Under the pieces are notes generated by a model. That model made no database searches. It was not told where the DNA came from and saw nothing but the letters and a program-made list of their open reading frames with translations. A DNA stretch of 64,000 nt from Sulfurospirillaceae bacterium. Its GTDB lineage: Bacteria; Campylobacterota; Campylobacteria; Campylobacterales; Sulfurospirillaceae. How positions within the stretch are numbered: the stretch's first letter is position 1; every line of letters starts with the position of its first letter. Positions 38,902 through 48,626 of the stretch are shown here, one piece after another. The stretch is taken from assembly GCA_033723415.1 (NCBI GenBank), contig JAWVXD010000001.1, positions 64,001 through 128,000 of the forward strand. Reading direction: 5' to 3'. Made by a program: the position numbers and the translations under genes.

Positions 38902-40626
38902 TTATGTTCTATGAAGCATATTTTTAAGGCTACTTAGATCGTAGGTATTGACGACATCCTTTTTCTCCAGCCATCCTCTTCTTGCTTGGTTGAGTGCATA
39001 TACCATGTAATGCAGAGTCTCTATATTGTGTGCATCGGTACTAAGGGCAAATTTTAGTCCGATTTCTTTGGCCATTTTAGTATAAATATCATTGAGATCA
39101 AGACGTTTGGGTTGAGCGTTTATCTCCATGATACATCCCTTTGCTTTGGCTTCTTCAAAAATACGTTGCATATCTGCCTCATATGCCTCTCTTTCTCCTA
39201 TGAGTCTTCCTGTAGGATGGGCGAGTATGTTCAAGTAGGGATTGTCCATGGCTTTAAGAATTCTTTCGGTCTGCTTTTCTGCTGAGAGTTTGAACTTGTC
39301 ATGGATTGCACCCACGACCAGATCAAGCTCCTTCAAGATAGAATCCGGCCATACCAAAGAACCGTCTTCCAGGATATCGACTTCGGCGCTTTTAAGTATG
39401 GTAAAATCCTGAAGTGTCTCATTGACGCGGTCTATCTCTTCAAGTTGTGCTCTTACTTTCCTTTGATCCATCCCGTGTACGATCGGGATATGTGCAGAAT
39501 GGTCCGTCATGGCAATGTAGCTGTAACCCATTGCTTTTGCCGCTTCTGCCATCTCTAAAACACTATTGTATCCGTCACTGTACACACTGTGCATATGAAG
39601 ATCGCCTTTGATGTCATCTGTCTTGAGAAGTTTTGGAAGTGTGTTATCCCGCGCTGCTTCGAGCTCACCTCTATTCTCTCTCAGCTCGGGCTCAATGTAC
39701 CTTAAACCCACTGTTTTGTACATTTCTTCTTCTGTAGATCCTGCGATCATTTTTCCTTTTGTGTTAAATATACCGTATTCGTTGACTTTGAGCCCCAGAT
39801 CTATTGCGATCTTTCTTATCGCAATATTGTGGGATTTTGAGCCGGTAAAATAGTGCAGGGCAGCACCGTAACTTTCATCTTTGACACAGCGTAGATCGAC
39901 TTGTAAATGATTATTGAGGATGACGGTAGAGCGTGTGTCACCGTGAGAGAGAATCTCTTTTATATCGGGATATGCCACAAAATAGTCTATGAGAGAGGAG
40001 GGAGATTTGGATGTAACGATTATATCTAGGTCTCCAACAGTATCTTTTCTTCTTCTGAAACTTCCAGAAACCGTGACTTTTGAAACATCCTTTGCTGAGC
40101 GGAGATACGATTCCAATGCTTTGGCATGAGGCTCTGCGGTAGAATATAAAAAACGTTGTCCTGCTTTTTTAGCCAAAAGCATGCCTTTGAGGATCGTCTG
40201 TTCCAGTTTTTCGTCAAAACCATCCAATGCTTTTATCCGGTGTTCTTCTGCAGCTTTTCTAAGTGTCTCAAGAGAATCGATGTGCAGTTTTTCATACAAG
40301 AGTTTTGTACGTTTGGGACCGATACCCTCCACTTTGAGCAGATCAAGCAGATGGGGAGGAAAAGAGTGTTTGAGCGCTTCAAGCTTGGCAAGCTTGCCCG
40401 TTTTGACGATCTCCTCGATTTTGAGGGCTATATGTTCTCCTATAGTCGGGATCTGGGAGAGATCTGTACCATCATACACCATTTCGGAAATATCCGTACC
40501 CAGATTTTCTATGGTGCGCGCAGCATTTTTGTATGCCCGTATTTTAAAAGGATTTTCGCCCTTGATCTCCAGCAGGTCCGCAAGATCATCAAAAAAAGCC
40601 GCAATTTCCACATTTGATATCACCAT
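38902..40626 (-). CDS. polX: DNA polymerase X / PHP 3'-5' exonuclease; start moved to ATG 40626
   Basis: ENPFKIRAY, GSFRRRKDTVGDLDI, YFTGSKSHN, PHP motifs GDLHMHSVYSDG, TDHS, AHPTGR, STDAH; RBS AAGGAG. Confidence 0.92.
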   Translation of the reverse strand: MVISNVEIAAFFDDLADLLEIKGENPFKIRAYKNAARTIENLGTDISEMVYDGTDLSQIPTIGEHIALKIEEIVKTGKLAKLEALKHSFPPHLLDLLKVEGIGPKRTKLLYEKLHIDSLETLRKAAEEHRIKALDGFDEKLEQTILKGMLLAKKAGQRFLYSTAEPHAKALESYLRSAKDVSKVTVSGSFRRRKDTVGDLDIIVTSKSPSSLIDYFVAYPDIKEILSHGDTRSTVILNNHLQVDLRCVKDESYGAALHYFTGSKSHNIAIRKIAIDLGLKVNEYGIFNTKGKMIAGSTEEEMYKTVGLRYIEPELRENRGELEAARDNTLPKLLKTDDIKGDLHMHSVYSDGYNSVLEMAEAAKAMGYSYIAMTDHSAHIPIVHGMDQRKVRAQLEEIDRVNETLQDFTILKSAEVDILEDGSLVWPDSILKELDLVVGAIHDKFKLSAEKQTERILKAMDNPYLNILAHPTGRLIGEREAYEADMQRIFEEAKAKGCIMEINAQPKRLDLNDIYTKMAKEIGLKFALSTDAHNIETLHYMVYALNQARRGWLEKKDVVNTYDLSSLKNMLHRT

Positions 40627-40766
40627 CTGTATGCTCCTTTTTTTGCATCCTGAACATTTTTCAGACACATAAAAAACCGACCATCTCATTCTACATGATA
40701 CCACATTTATTGCTTTTTATTTCAATTTTATTGTAGAATCAAGGTAAGAATTGAAAAGGAGAAACA

Positions 40767-41408
40767 ATGTTTAAAGACCGAAATGATGCCGGTCTAAAAC
40801 TGGCAAATGCACTCCTGAAATACAAAGATACCAATGCACTGGTACTTGCTATTCCTCGTGGTGGAGTAGAATTAGGTTATGAAGTGGCGAAAGCTTTGAA
40901 ATGTGATTTTTCTCTGATCATATGTCGTAAACTTCCTTTCCCCGACAATCCGGAAAGCGGTTTTGGCGCTGTCGCAGAAGACGGTTCTCTCTATATCAAC
41001 CCTGAATCCGCAGCTTATGTATCGGAAGAAGAAATCGTATCTATTATTCAAAAGCAAAACTATGAGATACAAAGACGTATCCATAAGCTAAGAAACAATA
41101 GAGGCTTGCCTCTTATTAAGGGACGGACAGTGATACTGATTGATGATGGCATCGCTATGGGGTCGACCATGCATACGGCAGTTTCCCTTTGTCGCAAACA
41201 TGATGCCGGAAAAATCGTAGTTGCAGTGCCTGTCGCCAGCTCTCAGGCCATTGAAAAATTCACGCAAATGGCCGATGAAGTCGTTGTGCTGGAGTCTCCA
41301 CACAATTTTCATGCTGTTGCTCAGGTATATGAGAATTGGTATGATGTAAGTGATGAGGAAGTCTTATCTATTGTTGAAAAAAGTAAAGGAAAGAGTGATA
41401 AGATCTAA
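40767..41408 (+). CDS. Phosphoribosyltransferase-family protein
   Basis: FKDRNDAG, VLAIPRGG, PRPP loop VILIDDGIAMGSTM. Confidence 0.88.
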   Translation: MFKDRNDAGLKLANALLKYKDTNALVLAIPRGGVELGYEVAKALKCDFSLIICRKLPFPDNPESGFGAVAEDGSLYINPESAAYVSEEEIVSIIQKQNYEIQRRIHKLRNNRGLPLIKGRTVILIDDGIAMGSTMHTAVSLCRKHDAGKIVVAVPVASSQAIEKFTQMADEVVVLESPHNFHAVAQVYENWYDVSDEEVLSIVEKSKGKSDKI

Positions 41409-41413
41409 AAAAA

Positions 41414-42976
41414 TTATAATCCGGGAGCTTTCCACATAGAAGTCGTTACTCCGGCATCAACTAGTTTTAATTGAGCTTCGTAAGCGTATTCAAACTTCAC
41501 TTTCAAGGTATCATAAATTTTTTTATTTTCAGGATTCGGCTCAAACACTTTTTCCCAAACGACAAGTTCTTTGGCAGCTGAGGTGAGATCTTTGTATATT
41601 CCGGCTCCAACGCCTGCAGCCATTGCTGCACCTAGTGCCGTGGCTTCCGTGATTTTTGGAATTTTAACTCTGCATCCGGTCACATCACTGAGTACCTGTG
41701 ACCAAAGAGCACCTTTGCTAGCACCTCCGGCAAAGACTATCGTATCTATTTTGATACCGGTAAATTTTTTGATCTTATCAAGGTTTATAGATGAAACGAT
41801 CGCCGCATTTTCTTGTAGGCTTTTAAACATTGAAATACGGTTACAGATAAGCGGATCGAGAGAGAGGTTCAAAAAGCTTGGAGCTGCATGGTACCATTTG
41901 CCGTACTTCATAGAGTCAGAAAATATCGGGATAATTCCATATGAGCCTGCAGGAACATCTTTGGCTTTTTCTTCTAAAATCGTATAGGTATCTATGCCTT
42001 TATTTTTTGCTTCTTGCTTTTCAAGTTCACAAAACGCGTCACGAAACCATCTCATGACAAGACCGCTAAAAAAGGTTATGCCCTCTGCTTGCGAAAGTCC
42101 TCTTATGACATGTGGATTGACTCGAACCGATATATCTTTTGGTGGTATGACATCACTTTTTATATTAACGATCTGTTGCCAAAAAGATCCACCTAAAATC
42201 GCTATATCACCCTCATTTACGACGCCAAGCCCAGCTGAGCCCAGCTGAACATCGCCGCCGCCCATCACGACTTTTGTAGATGTTGAGAGTCCACTCTCAC
42301 GTGCGGCTTTTTCACTGACCGTACCCATAAGGGTGCCGACTTCCAGACATGGAGGGAAGATGTCATCTTTGAGACCGATCTTTTTTGCCATAGAACGATC
42401 CCAATTTCTTTCTTTGAGTGAAAATATCCCGGTAGTCCCGCCGTTGCTCGGATCGGTTGCGAGGATGTTGCTGAGTTTGAAAAGTATCCAGTCGCCGATC
42501 ATGGAGATCGAAGCTACCTTTTCATAGACATCAGGTTTGTTGTTCTTGAGCCACATGATGCGAGGAAGTGCGCCTAGCGCAAAAGTCTGACCAGAAGTTG
42601 CATAGAACGCTTCCTCGATGCCCGGAAAGTTTTCTTTGAGGTATGTGACCTCTTTGTCGGCTCTGGCATCGACATTTGCTACGGCAAAGAGTTCATGCCC
42701 CTCTTTGTCATAAAGCACGATGCCCTCACGCATACTGGTAGCACTGAGTGCCATAATGTCTTCACCTTTGAGATTGGCTAAGGAGAGGGCTTCTTTGATG
42801 CACTGACATGTCAGGATCCAGTTGTTGTGACAATCAAAGCTCATGCTGTTTGGCACTCCAGGTTCGCCCAGGTGCGTCCATTCGCTTTGAGATACGCTGA
42901 TTTGATTGCCGTTTTCATCAAATATAACCGCTCTGACACTCCCAGTCCCCGCATCGATCGCCATCAAATAAGACAT
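41414..42976 (-). CDS. lsrK: Autoinducer-2 kinase (FGGY family)
   Basis: YLMAIDAGTGSVRAVIFD, SMREGIVLY, ILGGSFWQQ, RVNPHVI, WYHAAPSF, C-terminal WKAPGL match LsrK signatures. Confidence 0.88.
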   Translation of the reverse strand: MSYLMAIDAGTGSVRAVIFDENGNQISVSQSEWTHLGEPGVPNSMSFDCHNNWILTCQCIKEALSLANLKGEDIMALSATSMREGIVLYDKEGHELFAVANVDARADKEVTYLKENFPGIEEAFYATSGQTFALGALPRIMWLKNNKPDVYEKVASISMIGDWILFKLSNILATDPSNGGTTGIFSLKERNWDRSMAKKIGLKDDIFPPCLEVGTLMGTVSEKAARESGLSTSTKVVMGGGDVQLGSAGLGVVNEGDIAILGGSFWQQIVNIKSDVIPPKDISVRVNPHVIRGLSQAEGITFFSGLVMRWFRDAFCELEKQEAKNKGIDTYTILEEKAKDVPAGSYGIIPIFSDSMKYGKWYHAAPSFLNLSLDPLICNRISMFKSLQENAAIVSSINLDKIKKFTGIKIDTIVFAGGASKGALWSQVLSDVTGCRVKIPKITEATALGAAMAAGVGAGIYKDLTSAAKELVVWEKVFEPNPENKKIYDTLKVKFEYAYEAQLKLVDAGVTTSMWKAPGL

Positions 42977-42977
42977 A

Positions 42978-44153
42978 TTACTTCCTTAGTTTTGCTTGTT
43001 CAAGTTCCCAATACTCCATCTCAAAGCTGTCCTTTAAACTGATGCTTTTATATCCGCCTAATTGATCTGCACGCAGTACGGCTAACATCGTGTGCTCTAC
43101 GATATCGTTGATGATCAAAGCTTCTTTCTCGTTTTTCCCAAAACTCACGATACCAAAGTCTTTGATGATTGCATAGTTCGGAGCAGGGTTCAAGCAGATT
43201 TCATCATGAGCAAAAGCATTAAAATAGTTTTTGTAGTCTGCTTCGTATTTTTGAATCGCATCTTCGATATTTTCATCTTCCAAGATCAATGGAACGCGTT
43301 TGGTTCTGATGATATGCTCCGGTGTTAAAACACCTCTTTGGGCAAAATCTTGAAGGTTTTCATGCGCAGCGTAAGTATATGCCAGATCAGACGTATTGAC
43401 ATGCAAGATCACATCATGACCTTTGTGCTCAGAGATGATGTGTTGCAGTTTGTTCAGATCGACCGGATTTTTTGGAGTGGCATTTTTGAGCGTTATATGT
43501 GCATTTTTTTGCAAAAATGCTTCCGCTTTACTGATAGCATCGATCATCTTGGTATAGGATCTTTTGGCGTCATCATCAAAGGTAAAGATACCATGATGAT
43601 GCAGTATGATCCCCTCACACTTCGACCAGTCTAAATCTTTGCTTTTTTCATAAATGCTCTGTGCCAAGATAAATCCAGGCATCACGTATGGAATGATCAA
43701 AAAGTTTGGAAATAGCTTTTGGATATGTTCCTCTCCCGAAACTGAGTTTGAAATCGTTACAACGGCATCAGCATGCGTATGATCGACAAACTTAAAGGGA
43801 ATGAGGGCATGAAGTATGGCTTCGACCGATGGATTTGGAGCGGTTTTGTCGATCATGGCAGCTTTTTGAGAGCTGACCATATCGGTGTCGCTTAGCGTCT
43901 TGAGCTTTGCCATCTCTAGCAAAACGTCAAGTTTCACAGGCGCGAAACCTTCTGCTTTGATGCTCACCAAGTCCCAGCCGCTGCCTTTGACGTAGAGTAT
44001 CTCTTCGCCGTTTACTGTAGTTTTTACCGAGGTATTGCCGCCACCGTGAAGTACCAGCTCATCACTTCTGCCTAAGAGATTTGAGGTGTAAACACGAAGT
44101 TTTAAGTCACTATCGAAGGCTTTTGCTTCTTCATCGACAAATAGATTTTTCAA
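42978..44153 (-). CDS. Class II aldolase/adducin family protein (RhaD-like aldolase part only)
   Basis: LVLHGGGNTSVK, VKGSGWDL, PSVEAILH, DHTHAD, HHGIFTF, EYWELEQAKL; no SDR domain. Confidence 0.85.
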   Translation of the reverse strand: MKNLFVDEEAKAFDSDLKLRVYTSNLLGRSDELVLHGGGNTSVKTTVNGEEILYVKGSGWDLVSIKAEGFAPVKLDVLLEMAKLKTLSDTDMVSSQKAAMIDKTAPNPSVEAILHALIPFKFVDHTHADAVVTISNSVSGEEHIQKLFPNFLIIPYVMPGFILAQSIYEKSKDLDWSKCEGIILHHHGIFTFDDDAKRSYTKMIDAISKAEAFLQKNAHITLKNATPKNPVDLNKLQHIISEHKGHDVILHVNTSDLAYTYAAHENLQDFAQRGVLTPEHIIRTKRVPLILEDENIEDAIQKYEADYKNYFNAFAHDEICLNPAPNYAIIKDFGIVSFGKNEKEALIINDIVEHTMLAVLRADQLGGYKSISLKDSFEMEYWELEQAKLRK

Positions 44154-44156
44154 GAC

Positions 44157-44444
44157 TTAGCCCAGTACTTCAAGCTCATCCGTATATTTTTCTAAACAAT
44201 ACGGCTCATAGCTAGATTTGTATATCGCATAGTGCGCTGAGGCTTTGTGTCCATCAAGGGCTGCTTCATCTCTCCAACACTCGTATGCCATGAATTTATT
44301 TGGCTTGTTTTTGTATTGGAAGATCTCATAAAAAAGACATCCGTCTTCTGCCTTGGAAGGTTTGACCATCGCACTTAAAAGTTCTTTCATCTTTTCGATA
44401 CCATCGGGTTTTGCTATAAAGGTTACACGTTTTGTAATTGTCAT
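44157..44444 (-). CDS. ABM-superfamily putative monooxygenase/isomerase (LsrG/YgiN-like); start moved to ATG 44444
   Basis: SKAEDGCLFYEI...FMAYECWRDEAALDGHKASAHY; operonic with lsrK. Confidence 0.8.
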   Translation of the reverse strand: MTITKRVTFIAKPDGIEKMKELLSAMVKPSKAEDGCLFYEIFQYKNKPNKFMAYECWRDEAALDGHKASAHYAIYKSSYEPYCLEKYTDELEVLG

Positions 44445-44522
44445 GATACGTCCTATTTTATTAGATATTTTGCACAACCCATATTATCGCTAAGGCTTCA
44501 CATGATGGGTTGGGCAAAAAAT

Positions 44523-45245
44523 CTATTTATTTGAAAATTGTTTCAGTGCTTTTGCTAAATCTTCTTTTGTGTCGATTCCAAAACTTTTGCTTTCAACTTG
44601 AACCATGGCGACTTTTTTACCATGATAGATTGCACGTAATTGCTCTAGTTTTTCGATGTTTTCTAAAGGCGAAGAGGGAAGGGTGCAAAAGTCATTGAGT
44701 GATTTTTTTGTAAAACCGTAAATACCAAGATGTCCAAAATAATGGTCATATTTTTCTCTATCATATGGGATTTTACTTCTTGAAAAGTAGATCGCATAAT
44801 CATATATATCCGTGATGACTTTGACATGGTTTGGATCGTTCGCTTCACTGTCACCGATAAGCTTATAACAGCTTGTCATCATGATATCTTCATTCTTATC
44901 TATAGAAGTTTGAACCCTGTCTATCACTTTTTGGACGACTTGTGACTCGATAAAAGGTTCATCCGCTTGAACATTGACGATGATCTCATCATCTGTAAGT
45001 CCCAGTTTATTGACAGCTTCGTTGATGCGATCGGTGCCGCTTTGATGTGATTGGCTTGTCATGAAAGCACGAAAACCATAATCTTTGGCTAGATTGACGA
45101 TCTCTTGTGAGTCTGTAGCGATGGCGACTTCATCCAAATCTGCAACGCGTTTTGCCGTGGCGATGACCATGGGCAGACCGTTGATATTCGCCAACACTTT
45201 GTTTGGAAATCGATTTGAAGCAATCCTTGCCGGGATGAGTATCAT
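44523..45245 (-). CDS. kdsB: 3-deoxy-manno-octulosonate cytidylyltransferase
   Basis: IPARIASNRFPNK, HQSGTDRI, NVQADEP, YFSRSKIP, EKLEQLRA. Confidence 0.93.
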   Translation of the reverse strand: MILIPARIASNRFPNKVLANINGLPMVIATAKRVADLDEVAIATDSQEIVNLAKDYGFRAFMTSQSHQSGTDRINEAVNKLGLTDDEIIVNVQADEPFIESQVVQKVIDRVQTSIDKNEDIMMTSCYKLIGDSEANDPNHVKVITDIYDYAIYFSRSKIPYDREKYDHYFGHLGIYGFTKKSLNDFCTLPSSPLENIEKLEQLRAIYHGKKVAMVQVESKSFGIDTKEDLAKALKQFSNK

Positions 45246-45250
45246 AATGA

Positions 45251-46726
45251 TCAACCTTTGATGAAATTTAGAATTTCTTGTTCGATATGGTTTTTATCGA
45301 CGATCTTGTCATGTACGATTTTTTTATCAAAGAGCTCGTTGACCATTGGTGGGATTTTGACGTTTAGGGCATCGCCAAAAGTTTTTAGTGCTTCAAAATC
45401 GCTATATTTTTTATCATCATCTTTGAGTGCATTGAGCATCGTCGGTGCAAATTTTGTCCACTCTGCCGTTGAACAAGCAATTACCGGTATATTTTTTTCA
45501 GCTATATTTTCATAAGCCTTGATAGTTGTCGCAGTATGCGGGTCCATGACATAGTTTTTATCTGCATATTTTTTGATCGTATCTTTTGCAAAATCATCAT
45601 CGCAATAAACAGCATCAAAATCTTCTCTAATACTTGACAACTCGGCATCTGTAAGTTTGTAAAATTTATTTTTTTGAAGGCTGTCCATCAATTCTTTGCA
45701 TCTGATTGAGCCAAATTTATCAAATAAAACTCTCTCAACATTTGAAGATATTAGTATATCCATAGCAGGAGAAGTCGTTTGTAAAAGCTTTCTATTTCTT
45801 AGGTCATAAACACCTGTGTTGATAAGATCAGTTAGTATGTTGTTTATATTTGATGCTATGAGTATCTTTTTGATAGGCAATCCCATCTTCTTTGCATAAT
45901 ACGCACCAAGAGCATTTCCGAAATTTCCACTTGGAATGATCGCATAAAATGGATCTCCAAAATTTATCTTTTTTTGTTTTAAAAGATTTATATATCCAAA
46001 TACGTGATAGATGATCTGGAAAATTATTCTTCCAAAATTTACAGAGTTTGCGGCACTTAGTTTTATATTTTCTTTTTCTAATTCTTGTTTAAATGATTCA
46101 GAAGCAAGCAGTGCCTTTAGGGAGCTTTGTGCATCATCGAAATTTCCGTGAATTCCTAGAACTTTCAGGTTATGGGCATCTTGCGTAACCATCTGGAGTC
46201 TTTGCACATCACTGGTTCCGCCATCAGGGTAAAGACAGGCTACTTTGATATTGTCTTTGTCTGCAAAGGTGTCTAGTGTCGCAGGACCGGTATCTCCACT
46301 CGTAGCTGCTAAGATCAGATATTTCTCGCCTATTTTTTTTGCAAGATGAGACAGTATATAACCAAAAGGCTGTAAAGCCATATCTTTAAATGCACGAGTA
46401 GGCCCGTGAAATAGTTCATTGATATAAAGATTTTTTTCTATTTGCACCAGAGGAACCGGGTCTTCCTTATCATCAAAATTATCATAGAGACTTAAAGCGT
46501 CGTCTATGACATTTTCATCAATGTCAATTTTAAATTTCAGTAGTATCTCTTTTGCAACTTCTTTATAGTTCTTAGATGATGCATCTCTAAAGAAATCATT
46601 GTCTAAATTAGGTAAAACTTCAGGTACATATAATCCGCCAAAACTGGCACTTGGATTGAGTATGGCATATGAAAATTCTACTTTATTTGGTCTTTTACTG
46701 TCATTTCCTCTTGTTTCTATAAACAT
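45251..46726 (-). CDS. thrC: Threonine synthase
   Basis: ELFHGPTRAFKDMALQ, ATSGDTG, NSVNFGRI, PSGNFGN. Confidence 0.93.
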   Translation of the reverse strand: MFIETRGNDSKRPNKVEFSYAILNPSASFGGLYVPEVLPNLDNDFFRDASSKNYKEVAKEILLKFKIDIDENVIDDALSLYDNFDDKEDPVPLVQIEKNLYINELFHGPTRAFKDMALQPFGYILSHLAKKIGEKYLILAATSGDTGPATLDTFADKDNIKVACLYPDGGTSDVQRLQMVTQDAHNLKVLGIHGNFDDAQSSLKALLASESFKQELEKENIKLSAANSVNFGRIIFQIIYHVFGYINLLKQKKINFGDPFYAIIPSGNFGNALGAYYAKKMGLPIKKILIASNINNILTDLINTGVYDLRNRKLLQTTSPAMDILISSNVERVLFDKFGSIRCKELMDSLQKNKFYKLTDAELSSIREDFDAVYCDDDFAKDTIKKYADKNYVMDPHTATTIKAYENIAEKNIPVIACSTAEWTKFAPTMLNALKDDDKKYSDFEALKTFGDALNVKIPPMVNELFDKKIVHDKIVDKNHIEQEILNFIKG

Positions 46727-46739
46727 TGTTCCCTCTTCT

Positions 46740-47585
46740 TTATTTTATCTTCGTTCCGATTCCATCATTTGTAAAAAGCTCTAGCAATATTGAATGCTCA
46801 ACTCTGCCGTCTATTATGTGTGCGCTCTTGACACCGCCGTTTAGCGCATCAATACAGGCATCTGTTTTTGGGATCATCCCTCCATGGATCGTTCCATGCT
46901 CTTGGAGAATTTTAATATCATCTCTATGCAATGTTGAGATCAATTGCTTATCATGATCAAGAATACCCAAAGTGTCTGTTAAAAATATGATCTTTTCTGC
47001 ATTTAAAGCTACGGCTATCTCGCTAGCTGCTAAGTCTGCATTGACATTAAAGCCGGGATGATTGACACCACCGGTTGCAATAGGTGCGATGACAGGTATA
47101 AAATTTTGAGTTACTAAATCGTCTATAACATCTTTTTTGATATGTGTTATTTCACCGACTAAGCCATATTTACCGTCATTTAAAGCTTTAGCGTGCATAA
47201 AGCTGGCATCTTTACCTGTTATACCTATGGCTTTTGCTCCATGAAAATTTAGTAAGTTTGTTATCTCTTTATTGATATTTCCGCCAAGAACCATCTCTAC
47301 GACTTCCATAATATCATCGTTAGTTACCCTCAGTCCATCTACAAATTCACTTTTCACAGCCAGTTTGTCAAGCATATTATTTATCTTCTTACCACCACCG
47401 TGTATTATAATAGGTTTGATCCCGACAAGATAAAGTAGTACTATATCTTGAGCAAATTTTTCTTTGAGTTCCGGGAGTTCCTGAGCACTTCCCCCGTATT
47501 TGATCACAATAGTTTTTTTATTAAAGAGCTTTATGTACGGCAACGCATCCATCAAGATTCTTGCTTGTTGTATCTTTTCTTTCAT
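46740..47585 (-). CDS. argB: Acetylglutamate kinase
   Basis: IVIKYGGS, IHGGG, GLRVT, NVNADLAA, GGMIPK. Confidence 0.93.
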   Translation of the reverse strand: MKEKIQQARILMDALPYIKLFNKKTIVIKYGGSAQELPELKEKFAQDIVLLYLVGIKPIIIHGGGKKINNMLDKLAVKSEFVDGLRVTNDDIMEVVEMVLGGNINKEITNLLNFHGAKAIGITGKDASFMHAKALNDGKYGLVGEITHIKKDVIDDLVTQNFIPVIAPIATGGVNHPGFNVNADLAASEIAVALNAEKIIFLTDTLGILDHDKQLISTLHRDDIKILQEHGTIHGGMIPKTDACIDALNGGVKSAHIIDGRVEHSILLELFTNDGIGTKIK

Positions 47586-47598
47586 ATTTAATGTCTCC

Positions 47599-47662
47599 TT
47601 TTTGTTGAGCGAAGCCCAACAAAAATTCCTCTCACTAAAGCTTTCGCTTTGCGAAGAAATTT
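47599..47662. repeat. Intergenic double hairpin (REP-like)
   Basis: TTTTTGTTG-AGCGAAGCC-CAACAAAAA followed by a second hairpin centred on AAAGC-TTTC-GCTTT. Confidence 0.45.
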
Positions 47663-47696
47663 ATATTTTTATAACTGCTGTAAGTTTTGGATTTTA

Positions 47697-48626
47697 TCAA
47701 AAATTGGATAAAAAAGCGTTTATTTTGTCTTTTGCTTCTTTTTTAATTTCAATATTTAGATCCAAGATAGATAGGTTTAAGCCAAAATTTTCCATTTTTA
47801 CTGCATCTTTTTGAGTAGTTAAGATAGATGTCGCATCGTATCGTCTCATGATCTCGTTTAATTCTTTTAGATTGTAATCATGGTGATCCTCAAACAAAAC
47901 TTCTCCTGCTAATGCATTTGGCAAATACTTTTTTAACCTCTCAGGCTTAGATATACCTGTTACTAAGACCATATTTTTTGTTGTGTTCTTAATATTAACT
48001 TTTCTTTCAAAATCTGTATCTTCAACCATGACTAAGTCAGCATGTTTATATAAATATCTAGGCTCTCTGTATGCTCCACTTGGTATACAAAAAGGTAGTG
48101 TCGGTTCATTTTTCGGTTTTATTAAGATATCGAATTTTTCTATGTCTGCTTTACTAAACCCATCATCTAAAAATATGGTTTTGACAGACAAGGTTTTTGC
48201 GTATTCTATTGCTCTGATCCGATCTTCTGAGACTATAACGGTAGCGTCTGGCAAAGATTTTGCATAAAGCATCGCTTCATCTCCGCTTTGCTTCACATCA
48301 CATAGTATTTTATTTTTGTGAGATACAAGCAACATCCCTTTACTCTCTCTTCCAAATCCTCTAAGAATTATGGCCGTATTATTGCGATTTTTTGCTAACT
48401 CAATAGTCAATGGAGTCTTTCCGCTTCCCCCAAGTGTAAGATTGCCGATACTTATAATCGCAATGCCAAAATTATTTTTTTTTGCAAAGAATCTTTTGGT
48501 TATAACGATCAAACAATAGAGTGCACTAAAAGGTAAAAGAGTGAAGGAGAGTGCATAGTGAGCAAAGGTCTTTGGATAAAAGAGATATTCTTCTATCCAA
48601 AGTGTTAGTTTTGCCTTATTAAACAC
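47697..48626 (-). CDS. lpxK: Tetraacyldisaccharide 4'-kinase
   Basis: ISIGNLTLGGSGKTP, SGDEAML, LDDGF, PSGAYRE, TTQKDAVK. Confidence 0.92.
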   Translation of the reverse strand: MFNKAKLTLWIEEYLFYPKTFAHYALSFTLLPFSALYCLIVITKRFFAKKNNFGIAIISIGNLTLGGSGKTPLTIELAKNRNNTAIILRGFGRESKGMLLVSHKNKILCDVKQSGDEAMLYAKSLPDATVIVSEDRIRAIEYAKTLSVKTIFLDDGFSKADIEKFDILIKPKNEPTLPFCIPSGAYREPRYLYKHADLVMVEDTDFERKVNIKNTTKNMVLVTGISKPERLKKYLPNALAGEVLFEDHHDYNLKELNEIMRRYDATSILTTQKDAVKMENFGLNLSILDLNIEIKKEAKDKINAFLSNF

